DNA from: a virus
DNA: 64,000 nucleotides
Direction: 5' to 3' (one strand)
Virus record (IMG/VR): IMGVR_UViG_3300025707_000004
A program made the position numbers and the translations under genes. Shown one piece after another: positions 37,289-46,915 of this stretch (its first letter is position 1; the number at the start of each line of letters is the position of its first letter). Below the pieces are notes generated by a model. It was not told where the DNA came from and made no database searches. It saw nothing but the letters and a program-made list of their open reading frames with translations.

Positions 37289-38200
37289 ATGCTGCATGTG
37301 GCGCACCTACGTGTCCGCAGCTTCAGTCTCGACTACCTCGACATCTACTGGAGTCTGGCGAACGGAACATCTGAGGACCCACGGGATTACGAGTTCGTAG
37401 TCCAGTGGTCGTCCAATCAGTATGGTCCGTACCAAGCGGTCTCCGCCCCCATCATCGACGGGTTCCACTTCAGGGACACGACGGTCAAAGGGCAGCACTC
37501 TTTCTACCATCAGCGTTATTACCGACTAATAATCCGAAATCGCTCCTCGCAGGTCGAGGTCGCTTTTCCGGCTGAAGGCGGTGTCCGTCTTGAGGCTCCT
37601 GCGGACCTCATGGCGCTGGAGATGGCGCGGCAAGAGAACCTCAAGCTGAAGGAGTTCAACGGGCGGAAGGTGTGGGTCTTCGCGAAGCGGGTCTCGGGTC
37701 CGCGCTGCACTGCCTGCTATGACCCTGTCCAGCGTCGGCGAGTACGAAGTGACTGCGCGTCCTGCTTCGGCACCGGCACCTACGGCGGCTACCATGCCCC
37801 TGTCGAGTGCTACATGCAGATCCACACTCCGACAGAAGTCACACTGAAGATTCCTGACGGGGAGGTCCAGGTGGAGAACACGCAGTTCCGTCTGGGCAAC
37901 TACCCTGAGCTGTCTGAGGGTGACTTGGTCGTCGAGGCAGAGAACGTACGGTGGGCGGTCAGCGACCAAGTCGACAAGGTCCGGAAAGCCCGAGCGTTGG
38001 TCCGGCAGCAGGGCATCCTGCACCGCATCCCGAAGACCGATGCGCAGTACAACGTGCCGCTCAAGCTGACTGTGACCGAGGCGGGGGACCTACTGGGCTC
38101 TCCTGACCGGAACTTCTCGAACCCGCACAACCTCGCCGACGCTGACGTAGGCAAGGCAATCATCAGGCTGTTCGGCCCCCGTGACCATGAGCATCAATAA
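37289..38200 (+). CDS. neck/head-closure protein with Zn finger
   Basis: FN3-like N-terminus, CTAC...CASCFGTG motif, located between adaptor and sheath genes. Confidence 0.5.
   Translation: MLHVAHLRVRSFSLDYLDIYWSLANGTSEDPRDYEFVVQWSSNQYGPYQAVSAPIIDGFHFRDTTVKGQHSFYHQRYYRLIIRNRSSQVEVAFPAEGGVRLEAPADLMALEMARQENLKLKEFNGRKVWVFAKRVSGPRCTACYDPVQRRRVRSDCASCFGTGTYGGYHAPVECYMQIHTPTEVTLKIPDGEVQVENTQFRLGNYPELSEGDLVVEAENVRWAVSDQVDKVRKARALVRQQGILHRIPKTDAQYNVPLKLTVTEAGDLLGSPDRNFSNPHNLADADVGKAIIRLFGPRDHEHQ
37517..37531. repeat. TATTAC-CGA-CTAATA (1-mismatch palindrome copy)
   Basis: Read directly. Inside a CDS. Confidence 0.75.
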
Positions 38201-38819
38201 GCCCCCGCCAGAAGCCTCGTTCGCGGAAGCACTGGAGGATCGTCTCCAGGTGGCTGTGCGGGCGTTCATCCTCTTCAGCCAGGGGTTGTTCCGTGCGCGC
38301 CAGCCGGGCAGCTACCACTGGGACCCGGTGGACGAGGAGAGCGACGTCTTCATCGCGGGACAGGAGCCGGATGAGCGGGAGGCCAGCAACAAGCGCCCCC
38401 GCATCATCGTGTCCCGGACCCAGGTCAACTTCGGCGGGACGTCAATCGACCAGACGTTGAAGCCGCGGTGGATTGGGCAGAACCTGACCATGACGGACTT
38501 GGTGTCGTTCCACATCGTGTTCTCGTGCACGGCGCGAGAGGGGCTAGAGGCTCAGCTGCTGGGATGGTGGGTTGCCACTCGCATGCTGTTGTTCCAGCGC
38601 GAGCTGCACAAGGTGGGTCGGCTTCACCACATTGCCACCCAGCGATTGACCATCAATCCGGAGACCCCGGCCAAGCGGGTAATCCCCGGTTCGCCTACCC
38701 CGGAGTGGAAGACGGTCCAGGTATCGGTGCCCGTTTCACTGCAGGAAGTCATTTCTGCTGATGCGAGCGGATTCTATAGTCAAGTAAGCCGGTATATGCT
38801 TGAGTTCAGTGACAACTAA
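38187..38819 (+). CDS. putative tail terminator/completion protein
   Basis: Immediately before the sheath gene, with an RPRIIVSR segment. Confidence 0.45.
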   Translation: MSINKPPPEASFAEALEDRLQVAVRAFILFSQGLFRARQPGSYHWDPVDEESDVFIAGQEPDEREASNKRPRIIVSRTQVNFGGTSIDQTLKPRWIGQNLTMTDLVSFHIVFSCTAREGLEAQLLGWWVATRMLLFQRELHKVGRLHHIATQRLTINPETPAKRVIPGSPTPEWKTVQVSVPVSLQEVISADASGFYSQVSRYMLEFSDN

Positions 38820-38893
38820 ACAGCCTTGTTTTGAGCACGTGCCGCCGACTGGCACACTCCATTTGGGTACTGCAATGAGGAGCCGGAAACACA

Positions 38894-41800
38894 ATGGCAC
38901 AGCTTAGGCGCCCCAGTGTCGAGATTGACCAGCAGCTCAGTGCTGCTGCCCCCACCGTTCTGGAGCCCGACCTCGTTGCTTGCATCGTTGGGCCTTGCTT
39001 CCAGATTGTTGAACCCCTGGACGCTGACGGCGCCCTGAACGCGAAGGCGCAGGTGCTTACCGGAGCGGTCATCCGCAGCTCGGCAGCAGTTGGGGCGGCG
39101 ATTGCCGGCTCCGGCAAGAAGCTGAGCATCGCGGTCGACGGGGCTCCGGGGCAGGTCATCAACCTCCCGGTCACCGTTGGTGGGGCTACGCTCTCGCAAG
39201 AGATCGTCCAGAACAGCATCAACGCCCAGCTCACCGGAGCGACGGCGCTGTTCCAGGACAACAAGCTCGTGCTTGCGACGGTCACCAAGGGGAGGAGTGC
39301 TCGACTCAAGTTGGAGGTCATCGCGGCTGACGCGTACACCCTGCTCAACTTGACTGCGGACACGGAGACCCTCGGTACGGATGGCTACACCGGACAGGAC
39401 TACGAGGTTGGCTTCGGCGACCTTCCGTCCCCGATGGCGTCCATCGGCGAGGTCGCCATCGATGCCGACGACGTCACGCCCTACCGGTACTTCGCTGGCA
39501 CGCTCCAGCCCTTCCGCGACGACGCGTCGGGTAACTGGAACTCGTTCACCGGCTCCGCCAGTGAGTTCGCGAACGTGGTCACGTCGCTGGTCAACCAGCC
39601 TGCGCTGGGCAACCTGCGGACCAACTTGACCGGCCGCAGCATCCCGGGCTCGAAGACCAACACGCTGGTTCACACCGGTCGTGAGGCGAGCATCAAGATT
39701 CCCCTCGCCCACTTGGCGAAGGGCTCCGGTACCGAGCAGTGGCCTGACGTCACTGGGCTGAACTGGTTGAACGTCGAGGCTATCGGCCTTCAGAACTGGC
39801 GTAAGGACCAAGCGAACGGCGTGCCGGGCAACTTCATTGGTGCCCTAGGCAATGCGGTCAACGTGAAGTTCACGACGGTTGTCGGGCTGGACGCGGGCAC
39901 GGCGAAGTTCGTGTACACATCCGGCACCAAGACCTTGGACGTCCAGCGGCAGGCCGTCACGGTCACGTACGACGCCCTTCAGACGGCGCTCGACGCGGGC
40001 ATCGGCGGGATGGACACGGCGAAGGACCTCATCGTCACGCTGAACTTCGCAGACGGCATGGGGGCGGTTCCCTTCCTTCCTACGGCTGGCCTGCAGGCGG
40101 AGTGGCACTGCGGCGGAGGCGAAGACGCCCCCAACTTCAAGGCCGACCACACGACCATCGTGGCGTCCATCACTGGCGCGATGCCGGTGGAAGCTGCCGA
40201 TACGGCCGAGACCGAGCTGGGCATCAGCGGCAAGCTGAGCCTGTCCATCCACGGAGGTCCTTGGATTGACGTGGACATGTCCGGTGTGGTGGTTGACGCC
40301 ATCCACGCGGTCGCTGGTATCTCCTGCACCAGTGTGGCTGTGTTCTCACCCGACGATGACAACGGCGATGCAACCGTGGGCAAGTCGATCAACGTGCTGC
40401 GCATCAGCACCACGGATGGCGGCCTCGGCCCGGACTCGTCCCTCGAAATCAAGGCGGACAACGACGCCATCCTGGAGACGCTCTTCGGCGGCTTCAAGTC
40501 GCGGACGGCCACGCTTTCGGGCATCGGTACCGCTGGTGGTGCTGGCTGGCAGGACGCACGTCGTCGCCACGTCCTCGCCAAGGCGAACTACAACTCGCGT
40601 GCCGGTGCTTCGCGTGACGGGGCTCTCGTCCCGGGCGCGCAGACCATCGCGTACACGGGGCTGACGTCTCCGGCGTTCATCCTCTGTGACGTCACCCTCG
40701 GGGCACTGGCGGACCACGACGGCGTCTTGGACGTCAAGCACTCCGCCTACGACGGCGGCGCGGGCACCGTTGTCTCTCTCGCCATCGACGCGTTCGTTGG
40801 TACTCCGACGCTCGCGGAGGTCGTGAAGGAAATCGACGAGCAGATTCAGGCGGAAGCTGACCCTGGTGGTGGAGACCTCGATACGTTCATTGGCGTGAGC
40901 GAGCTGAACGGGCGTATCTGCTTCTTTGACCGGAAGCACGTGAATGGGGCGACCATTCGTCTGCTCTCGGATGCGGCAGGCAGCACCACTGCTGCCTTCG
41001 AGACCGCTCTGGGCGGGGCCGCTGCTTCTTTCGACCAGGACGCCACCACGGTGACGAACGCGTCGTGCAAGATTCAGGACAAGGGCGCCAACTTCGCGCT
41101 GCGGATGATCGAGGTGGGGCACGCGTTCTCGAACGGCGTCTTCCCGTCCACCTTCACCGTCACCTCAGAGTCGGACCTGACTGACTCGGTCCTCAGCTCG
41201 GTCGCGGGCGAGTCGGCCATTGTCTACAGCACGGGCGCCGTCACAATCACCTTCAGTGGTGAGAATGTGCTCGACCGCGTTGTTGCTGACGACGATGAGT
41301 TGTCCCTCTTGCTCCGGTTCACCGGTACGGGCGATGCGACGACGAGCGACACGGCGCTCACCTTCCGGCGTGTGTGGGCCAACGCGTTCCACTCTGAGCA
41401 GATTTCCTACAAGGGTCGCCTGTTCACTGGTGGTGCCGCCAAGGTCAAGCCCGGCGACATGATGTTCAACAACGGGGCCATCCTCGGCCGCGTCGTTGCC
41501 CTCAACGACTTCGTCATCGGCGGAAGCACCTTTACGGGTGGTGAGCTGGTCCTCTCGGAGTTCTCGGTCGACAACAACAAGGACCTCGCCAACTGGAACA
41601 TCGTGGCGGAGAACCTGCCCGACTCTGTCGACCGGCCGGACCTCGCGCCGGAGATGGTCGTCGACACGTTGCTGGAGCGCTTCGTGGTCAAGGGCGGGGT
41701 CAACCGTGACGCTGCTGGCATCCCGATGGGCGGTGTCGCACCGGTCTACGTGGGCTACAAGGCTCTGCGCAAGGACGTGAGTGCGGCGGCCGTCTCGCCT

Positions 41801-43216
41801 GAGATGCTGACCTTCAACAGCGCTGACGAGGTCGAGAGCCTCATCGGTCCGGTCACCCCGGAGAACCCGCTGGCGTTCGGTCTCGCGAAGGCGTTCCTCA
41901 ACCGGACCAACGTGAACATCTCTGCGATGGGTCTGGGGGAGGTCACTGCAGACGCCCCCAACGGTACGGTCGACGCTTACGCGCAGGCCCTGGACTTCCT
42001 CCGAAAGAAGGAGGTCTACGCCCTCGCCCCGCTCACGCAGGACGCGGAGGTCACCAAGCTCTTCAACCTGCACGTCACCGACATGTCGGCGGCGGTTCAG
42101 GGCAAGGAGCGCATCGCGTTCGTGAACGAGGCTCTGCCCACTGAGAAGGTCAGCACGCTGGTCATCTCGGGGTCGATGACCATCACCGACATCGGTGGTG
42201 GCAAGTTCGAGCTGGAGTTCGCCGACGAGACGCTCAACGTCTCCACCGCTATCGACGGCAAGCTGAACGCGGACGGCAATGCCCTCAGTGGTGCTGCCGG
42301 CACGGACTACACGCCGGACGACGGGGTCTACCTCGACCGCGCCGGTGATGCGTTCAAGTGGCTGGTGACCAAGGTGGTCAGCGCGACCGTCGTGCGAATC
42401 GACACCACCAACATCTACATCCCGGGCTTCGGTCCGGGTTCAGGTGGTAACGACGACAACTACTTCCGGACGACCGCAGCTGACCTTGACGACTTTGAGG
42501 TTGATGGGGAGACCTGCTCCATCCTGGTCCGTCAGGCAGCCGTCAAGACCAGCACGACGGCCGGACGGCTGGCTGTTTGCGAGACGATGGCGGAAATCAC
42601 GGGCGGAGCTACCGGTTACCAGAACCGGCGCTTGTTCTACACCCAGCCTGAGAAGGTCGGGACGGACAGCGCGGGCACGGAAATCGTGGTCCCCGGTTAC
42701 TACCTGTGTGCGGCCCAGGCGGCGATGGTGGCTCAGCTGCCCGCGCAGCAGCCGCACACGAACCTGCCGATGGTTGGTTTCACCCGGCCCATCGGGTCGA
42801 GTGACCTCTTCTCGGAAGACGAGATGGCTACCGCGGCTGCGGGTGGCGTGTTCTGGATTCTCCAGGATGCCCCCGGTGGTCCTCTGGCCTGTCGGCACCA
42901 GCTGTCGACGGACCTCAGCTCCATCAAGTCGCAGGAGCTGTCCATCACCAAGGCCATCGACATCTACGCCAAGGCCATTCGGGCTGCGACGAAGCGGATG
43001 ATTGGTCGCAACGTCATCGACAAGTCGTTGCTGGATGCGCTGAACATCTCCCTCCAGGCGGTGTCGGCGAACTACGCGGGTCCGAAGAAGGCCCTCGCAG
43101 CTGCTTCGGTGTCCAGCATCGCTCAGGATACGACTCGCCCGGATGGCGTTCTCGTGACCGTGGATACCATCACGTGGTACCCCTTCAACCGGCTGCGTCT
43201 CACGATTGTGGCCTAG
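38894..43216 (+). CDS. contractile tail sheath protein with large insertions
   Basis: N-terminus RPSVEIDQ...CIVGP. C-terminal sheath core YALAPLTQD, VPGYYLCAA, CRHQLSTD, ELSITKAID and YPFNRLRLTIV. 1440 aa. Confidence 0.8.
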   Translation: MAQLRRPSVEIDQQLSAAAPTVLEPDLVACIVGPCFQIVEPLDADGALNAKAQVLTGAVIRSSAAVGAAIAGSGKKLSIAVDGAPGQVINLPVTVGGATLSQEIVQNSINAQLTGATALFQDNKLVLATVTKGRSARLKLEVIAADAYTLLNLTADTETLGTDGYTGQDYEVGFGDLPSPMASIGEVAIDADDVTPYRYFAGTLQPFRDDASGNWNSFTGSASEFANVVTSLVNQPALGNLRTNLTGRSIPGSKTNTLVHTGREASIKIPLAHLAKGSGTEQWPDVTGLNWLNVEAIGLQNWRKDQANGVPGNFIGALGNAVNVKFTTVVGLDAGTAKFVYTSGTKTLDVQRQAVTVTYDALQTALDAGIGGMDTAKDLIVTLNFADGMGAVPFLPTAGLQAEWHCGGGEDAPNFKADHTTIVASITGAMPVEAADTAETELGISGKLSLSIHGGPWIDVDMSGVVVDAIHAVAGISCTSVAVFSPDDDNGDATVGKSINVLRISTTDGGLGPDSSLEIKADNDAILETLFGGFKSRTATLSGIGTAGGAGWQDARRRHVLAKANYNSRAGASRDGALVPGAQTIAYTGLTSPAFILCDVTLGALADHDGVLDVKHSAYDGGAGTVVSLAIDAFVGTPTLAEVVKEIDEQIQAEADPGGGDLDTFIGVSELNGRICFFDRKHVNGATIRLLSDAAGSTTAAFETALGGAAASFDQDATTVTNASCKIQDKGANFALRMIEVGHAFSNGVFPSTFTVTSESDLTDSVLSSVAGESAIVYSTGAVTITFSGENVLDRVVADDDELSLLLRFTGTGDATTSDTALTFRRVWANAFHSEQISYKGRLFTGGAAKVKPGDMMFNNGAILGRVVALNDFVIGGSTFTGGELVLSEFSVDNNKDLANWNIVAENLPDSVDRPDLAPEMVVDTLLERFVVKGGVNRDAAGIPMGGVAPVYVGYKALRKDVSAAAVSPEMLTFNSADEVESLIGPVTPENPLAFGLAKAFLNRTNVNISAMGLGEVTADAPNGTVDAYAQALDFLRKKEVYALAPLTQDAEVTKLFNLHVTDMSAAVQGKERIAFVNEALPTEKVSTLVISGSMTITDIGGGKFELEFADETLNVSTAIDGKLNADGNALSGAAGTDYTPDDGVYLDRAGDAFKWLVTKVVSATVVRIDTTNIYIPGFGPGSGGNDDNYFRTTAADLDDFEVDGETCSILVRQAAVKTSTTAGRLAVCETMAEITGGATGYQNRRLFYTQPEKVGTDSAGTEIVVPGYYLCAAQAAMVAQLPAQQPHTNLPMVGFTRPIGSSDLFSEDEMATAAAGGVFWILQDAPGGPLACRHQLSTDLSSIKSQELSITKAIDIYAKAIRAATKRMIGRNVIDKSLLDALNISLQAVSANYAGPKKALAAASVSSIAQDTTRPDGVLVTVDTITWYPFNRLRLTIVA

Positions 43217-43219
43217 GAC

Positions 43220-43234
43220 TATTAGCCGCTAATA
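43220..43234. repeat. TATTAG-CCG-CTAATA palindrome
   Basis: Read directly. Intergenic, immediately after the sheath stop codon. Confidence 0.9.
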
Positions 43235-43261
43235 CCTAGCGGTCTTGAGGAGACTCAGCAA

Positions 43262-43729
43262 ATGGCTTCTGATTCCTTCGGCGCTGCGAAGCGCCTTCCA
43301 GGCAAGCGGTTCCGCAGCGGCACCATGGGCGACGCCCTGAGTGAGGTCTACAAGGACGTCGAGGCGGGCTTCGTCGCGAGCGAGCTGAACGGCGTCGTGG
43401 TGCTCCAGCAGGACATCGCGGACGTTGCGACTGCAGACTACGACATCGCCATCACTGACGCGCTGACCCTGATTGACGTCATGGTCATCAAGACCGACGA
43501 CGCGGCGGGTGCCAACGACAACACGGTCACGGTGGTCACCGCCGCCGACGCGGACATCCACACGGCCATCAACATGACCGGTGGTGCGGACGGCGCGGTC
43601 TTCCGCATGTCGGCGGGGTACAACGACGCTACGGCACCCGTCGCTGCTGGTGGGCTCTTCCGTATCGAGCATGTCAAGGCTGGCGGCAATGCCGCTTGCC
43701 GTGTCTTGCTGACCTGCCGTCGCACCTAA
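43262..43729 (+). CDS. putative virion structural protein
   Basis: GAGGAG RBS. Beta-rich, 155 aa. Confidence 0.6.
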   Translation: MASDSFGAAKRLPGKRFRSGTMGDALSEVYKDVEAGFVASELNGVVVLQQDIADVATADYDIAITDALTLIDVMVIKTDDAAGANDNTVTVVTAADADIHTAINMTGGADGAVFRMSAGYNDATAPVAAGGLFRIEHVKAGGNAACRVLLTCRRT

Positions 43730-43733
43730 GCCG

Positions 43734-44501
43734 ATGCTGACTTCACGCAAGGTGTCGCTGCTTGAGAAGGTGGCTGCAGACAGCAAGACCTACGGCGATT
43801 ACCGGCGTGGGGCGGATTCGGCAAACGCTGAAAGCGCCAAGCTCCAGGCGCGCATCCAGAAGCAGGCCCCCGTCAAGGGGTCGAAGTCTTGGCACGCCCG
43901 CGGTAGCCTCAAGCGCGCCATTCAGCGACGGGGGCAGGTCCGGCTTCGTGGCAAGGCCCGCCGCTCGGCTGCTCGTGCTGCGCAGGCAAACGCGAACGTC
44001 CGGAGCTTCCCGAAGGCGCGGCGAGGCCACCAGTGGTCCGTCATACCGGACAAGAAGCCCCTGAAGCCCCACGTGGGCAAGGGTACTCTCGGGCAGCGTC
44101 GTGCTCAGGCAGGCTCGCCTGTCAGTGCGGGCTACAAGCTGCACAAGGACGAGAAGCGCCTCAAGCGCCACGTGGGCAAAGGCACGGCCGGTCAGCGGAT
44201 TGCCGAGGGGAACTACAAGGCCACCGAGGTCATGGGTCTCGTTCGGCGCGCTGCAGCCAACCGGAGCTACTCCCCGTGGAAGAAGCTCCAGGGCGAGCTG
44301 GCTGGTGCGAAGTCCAAGGGTCGGGAACTCGGTTCGTCGGTGATGGCAGCTAAGGCCAAGGCCAAGGCAACCGCCGCTGCAGCCAAGACAGCCCGCTATG
44401 GCGCTCCACCCTCACAGCCCGGCCCCGGCTGGTTCAAGAAGCTGACAGAACGCAAGAAGGCTCTGGGTACGCTCAGCCAAGCCTTGGCTGACAATAGTTA
44501 G
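43734..44501 (+). CDS. leader-bearing basic protein
   Basis: Leader MLTSRKVSLLEKVAA. Internal repeat LKPHVGKGTLGQR / LKRHVGKGTAGQR. Confidence 0.7.
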   Translation: MLTSRKVSLLEKVAADSKTYGDYRRGADSANAESAKLQARIQKQAPVKGSKSWHARGSLKRAIQRRGQVRLRGKARRSAARAAQANANVRSFPKARRGHQWSVIPDKKPLKPHVGKGTLGQRRAQAGSPVSAGYKLHKDEKRLKRHVGKGTAGQRIAEGNYKATEVMGLVRRAAANRSYSPWKKLQGELAGAKSKGRELGSSVMAAKAKAKATAAAAKTARYGAPPSQPGPGWFKKLTERKKALGTLSQALADNS

Positions 44502-44542
44502 AATCGTAGACTCAAAGAGAGCTGAAGAAGGAGCCTAAGGAA

Positions 44543-45325
44543 ATGGCTGAGGGACTCGCAGGGTGGAAGCCGTACTCCACACACGTACAGGGCGGCATCC
44601 CTGAGGGGAACTTCCTCAACGGAAAGTTCGTCCTCATCTGTGCAGGACCCCCCTTCTTCTCCCAGGTGGGCTTGCCCGCTGGTGAGGGAAGTGACCCGAA
44701 CCTCGCTGAGACGCTGGTGTTCCCCATCGGCATGACCCAGAACTGGGCTCTCAGCCAGAATCAGGCCATCACGCGCATCTTCGAGCTGGGCTCGGAGCGG
44801 TCGTACTTCATGACCGGCCGCAGCGTGGGCCAGATTTCGTTCGGGCGCATCATGTACCACGGGCCGTCGCTCTTGCGCTGCCTGACCGCGTACTACGACA
44901 CCCGCGCCGACGCGAACGTGGACGCCCATCAGGTGCGCCCACTCTTCGAGTCTGGTGGTGTTGGCGTCAATCCGTTCCTGACCGGCGCTGCCGGCGGACG
45001 GAGCCCGAGCCTGCACTCGGTGAAGGTGCCCCCGGGCTACGACAACATGTTCTTGAACTTGGCGTCCGACCTGTTCAGCCAGCCCATCGGGCTCCTGCTG
45101 GTCATGAAGGACAACCAGGAGAACAACGTCGCGTCGATGTACCTGGAGCAGTGCATGATTCCCCAGCACTCGATGGCGGTCGACGCCCAGGGTCTGGTCA
45201 TGCAGGAGTCGGTTGCCATCCAGTACGAGCGCATCCAGCCCATCCGGTTGGCCCAGCTCCAGCTGGCTGAGACCTTCTTGGCCCCTGATGCGACCGGCGG
45301 CTACCACGGCGGCCGTCTCGTCTAA
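44543..45325 (+). CDS. tail tube protein
   Basis: PIGMTQNWALSQNQAITRIFELGS, MYLEQC and ESVAIQYERI segments. Downstream of the sheath. Confidence 0.65.
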   Translation: MAEGLAGWKPYSTHVQGGIPEGNFLNGKFVLICAGPPFFSQVGLPAGEGSDPNLAETLVFPIGMTQNWALSQNQAITRIFELGSERSYFMTGRSVGQISFGRIMYHGPSLLRCLTAYYDTRADANVDAHQVRPLFESGGVGVNPFLTGAAGGRSPSLHSVKVPPGYDNMFLNLASDLFSQPIGLLLVMKDNQENNVASMYLEQCMIPQHSMAVDAQGLVMQESVAIQYERIQPIRLAQLQLAETFLAPDATGGYHGGRLV

Positions 45326-45376
45326 GCTCGCCTGAAGGGCTCCCCCTTCGTCAGTTGAAAGACTTGGAGGTCTGAA

Positions 45377-45790
45377 ATGGATTGGGCAACACTTGGCTCG
45401 ACCGCAGCTTCGTATCTTCTCCCTATCTTGGAGATCGCGGCCATCATCATCGCCCGACTGGGCTACCAGTGGGTGAAGGCGCGCTTCAAGCTGGACATCT
45501 CCGAGCGCCAGGAAGAGCAGATTCGCCTGGGCATCCGCAATGGTGCCCGCGGTCTGGAGGAGATGGCTGCGAAGCAGCTCAAGGCCGACCCCGAGGGCGC
45601 TGGCATCGACAAGGCCAAGCTCCTGTGGGGCATGATTGAGAAGAAGTGGCCGGACCTCACCGGTGATGAGTTCGACGCCATGCTCAACGAGGAGCTGGCG
45701 TACATGGACGGCATGGGCGCTTCCGGTGGCGCTCAGGGGGTCATGCCCGAGGATGCTCCAGCTATCCTGGCCCCCGCAGGTGGACCATGA
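45377..45790 (+). CDS. holin-like membrane protein
   Basis: N-terminal hydrophobic helix then an amphipathic region, resembling LL-H-type holins. GGAGG RBS. Confidence 0.45.
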   Translation: MDWATLGSTAASYLLPILEIAAIIIARLGYQWVKARFKLDISERQEEQIRLGIRNGARGLEEMAAKQLKADPEGAGIDKAKLLWGMIEKKWPDLTGDEFDAMLNEELAYMDGMGASGGAQGVMPEDAPAILAPAGGP

Positions 45791-46020
45791 CCCCCGCACG
45801 CAAAGCCGCCGTTCTTGAGAAGCTCGCCGCGGACAAGAAGAAGTCAAAGCGTGTCTGGGTGGCAGACAACCCAGTCAGCATCCTCGGCACCCCTGTCGGG
45901 CGTAGTTGGTACGGCAGCGACCTCCGGAAGAAGCTCCGTGCTGGCTCCCCTACTAAAGCGCAGCATGAGGCAGAAAAGCGGTTGGGGGTGGAAACGAGCG
46001 GGCACAAGTGGAACCCCTGA
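45787..46020 (+). CDS. leader-bearing small basic protein
   Basis: Leader MTPARKAAVLEKLAA. Confidence 0.7.
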   Translation: MTPARKAAVLEKLAADKKKSKRVWVADNPVSILGTPVGRSWYGSDLRKKLRAGSPTKAQHEAEKRLGVETSGHKWNP

Positions 46021-46029
46021 GGACGTTTA

Positions 46030-46257
46030 ATGACGAACGCACGCAAAGCCGCCATCTTGGAGAAGCTCGCCGCGGGTATACTGCCTAAGCTGGTCCGCGC
46101 CGCCGTAAAAAAGACCCCGAAGAAGGTCCCGAAGAAGGTCCCGACGAAGCCCCCGGTTGCGAAGCCGCCCGCGCAGAGCAAGGAAGAGTTCACAAAAGCG
46201 CTCCGGGATAAGTTCCGTAAGGGCGACTACAACCGAGTAAAGATCGGTCTGACATGA
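46030..46257 (+). CDS. leader-bearing small basic protein
   Basis: Leader MTNARKAAILEKLAA, followed by PKKVPKK repeats. Confidence 0.7.
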   Translation: MTNARKAAILEKLAAGILPKLVRAAVKKTPKKVPKKVPTKPPVAKPPAQSKEEFTKALRDKFRKGDYNRVKIGLT

Positions 46258-46904
46258 ACAACACCCGCAGAGCCGCCATCCTTGAGAAGCTCGCTGCTCC
46301 CTATTCCGCAGGCGGGGGTGAGCCCACCATTCCAGGGCGCATGCGCCCTGCACACGCTCGCAGAAACCTGACCCAACTCAAGAAGGCGCCACTCTCTGGT
46401 TCCGGTAAGATCGGGGTTATGGCTCGCGCAGGCGCTGTGCCGGGCCGGATAAGTCGGGGGGTCAAGAACCTCGCCTTCTCGAAAGGGCTTGACGGTCCTC
46501 GTGTCCGCCCTAGCCCCATGCCGGCGCGGTCCAAAACGAATCGGTACGGTGTGCCGCTCAACAAGACCGCTGGCCCGAAGCACGAGGGCGGTGGGATGAC
46601 ACTCCGCCATTCCGAGCAGTACTACCGCGGCAAGCGTGCTGACAGGGCTGCGATGGCTGCGAGCCGGCAGTCGAAGCGGCTGGTTGACAGCGCCGCGTCG
46701 TCGGATGCCATCTTCAAGGCGAACCGGAAGAATTACATGAGGGAGAGCGGAAACCAGGCCGCTGGGAGCCTCTCCAACGCACGGTACTGGAAGGGGCAGA
46801 GCCGGAAAAACACCGCCTCGGCTCGACAGTGGCGGGACAAGGCGAAGGGCTTCCGCAAGGAGAAGGGCCAAGCGCGGTTCACTATGAAGATGCTGAACAA
46901 GTAG
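46254..46904 (+). CDS. leader-bearing basic protein
   Basis: Leader MNNTRRAAILEKLAA. Confidence 0.7.
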   Translation: MNNTRRAAILEKLAAPYSAGGGEPTIPGRMRPAHARRNLTQLKKAPLSGSGKIGVMARAGAVPGRISRGVKNLAFSKGLDGPRVRPSPMPARSKTNRYGVPLNKTAGPKHEGGGMTLRHSEQYYRGKRADRAAMAASRQSKRLVDSAASSDAIFKANRKNYMRESGNQAAGSLSNARYWKGQSRKNTASARQWRDKAKGFRKEKGQARFTMKMLNK

Positions 46905-46915
46905 CGACCTGCGAG

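Noticed and set aside
19680-44512. Late promoter consensus (TAGAAT/TAGACT-like hexamers before structural genes at about 19682, 30902 and 44507)
   Set aside because: Too short and degenerate to distinguish from chance by eye.
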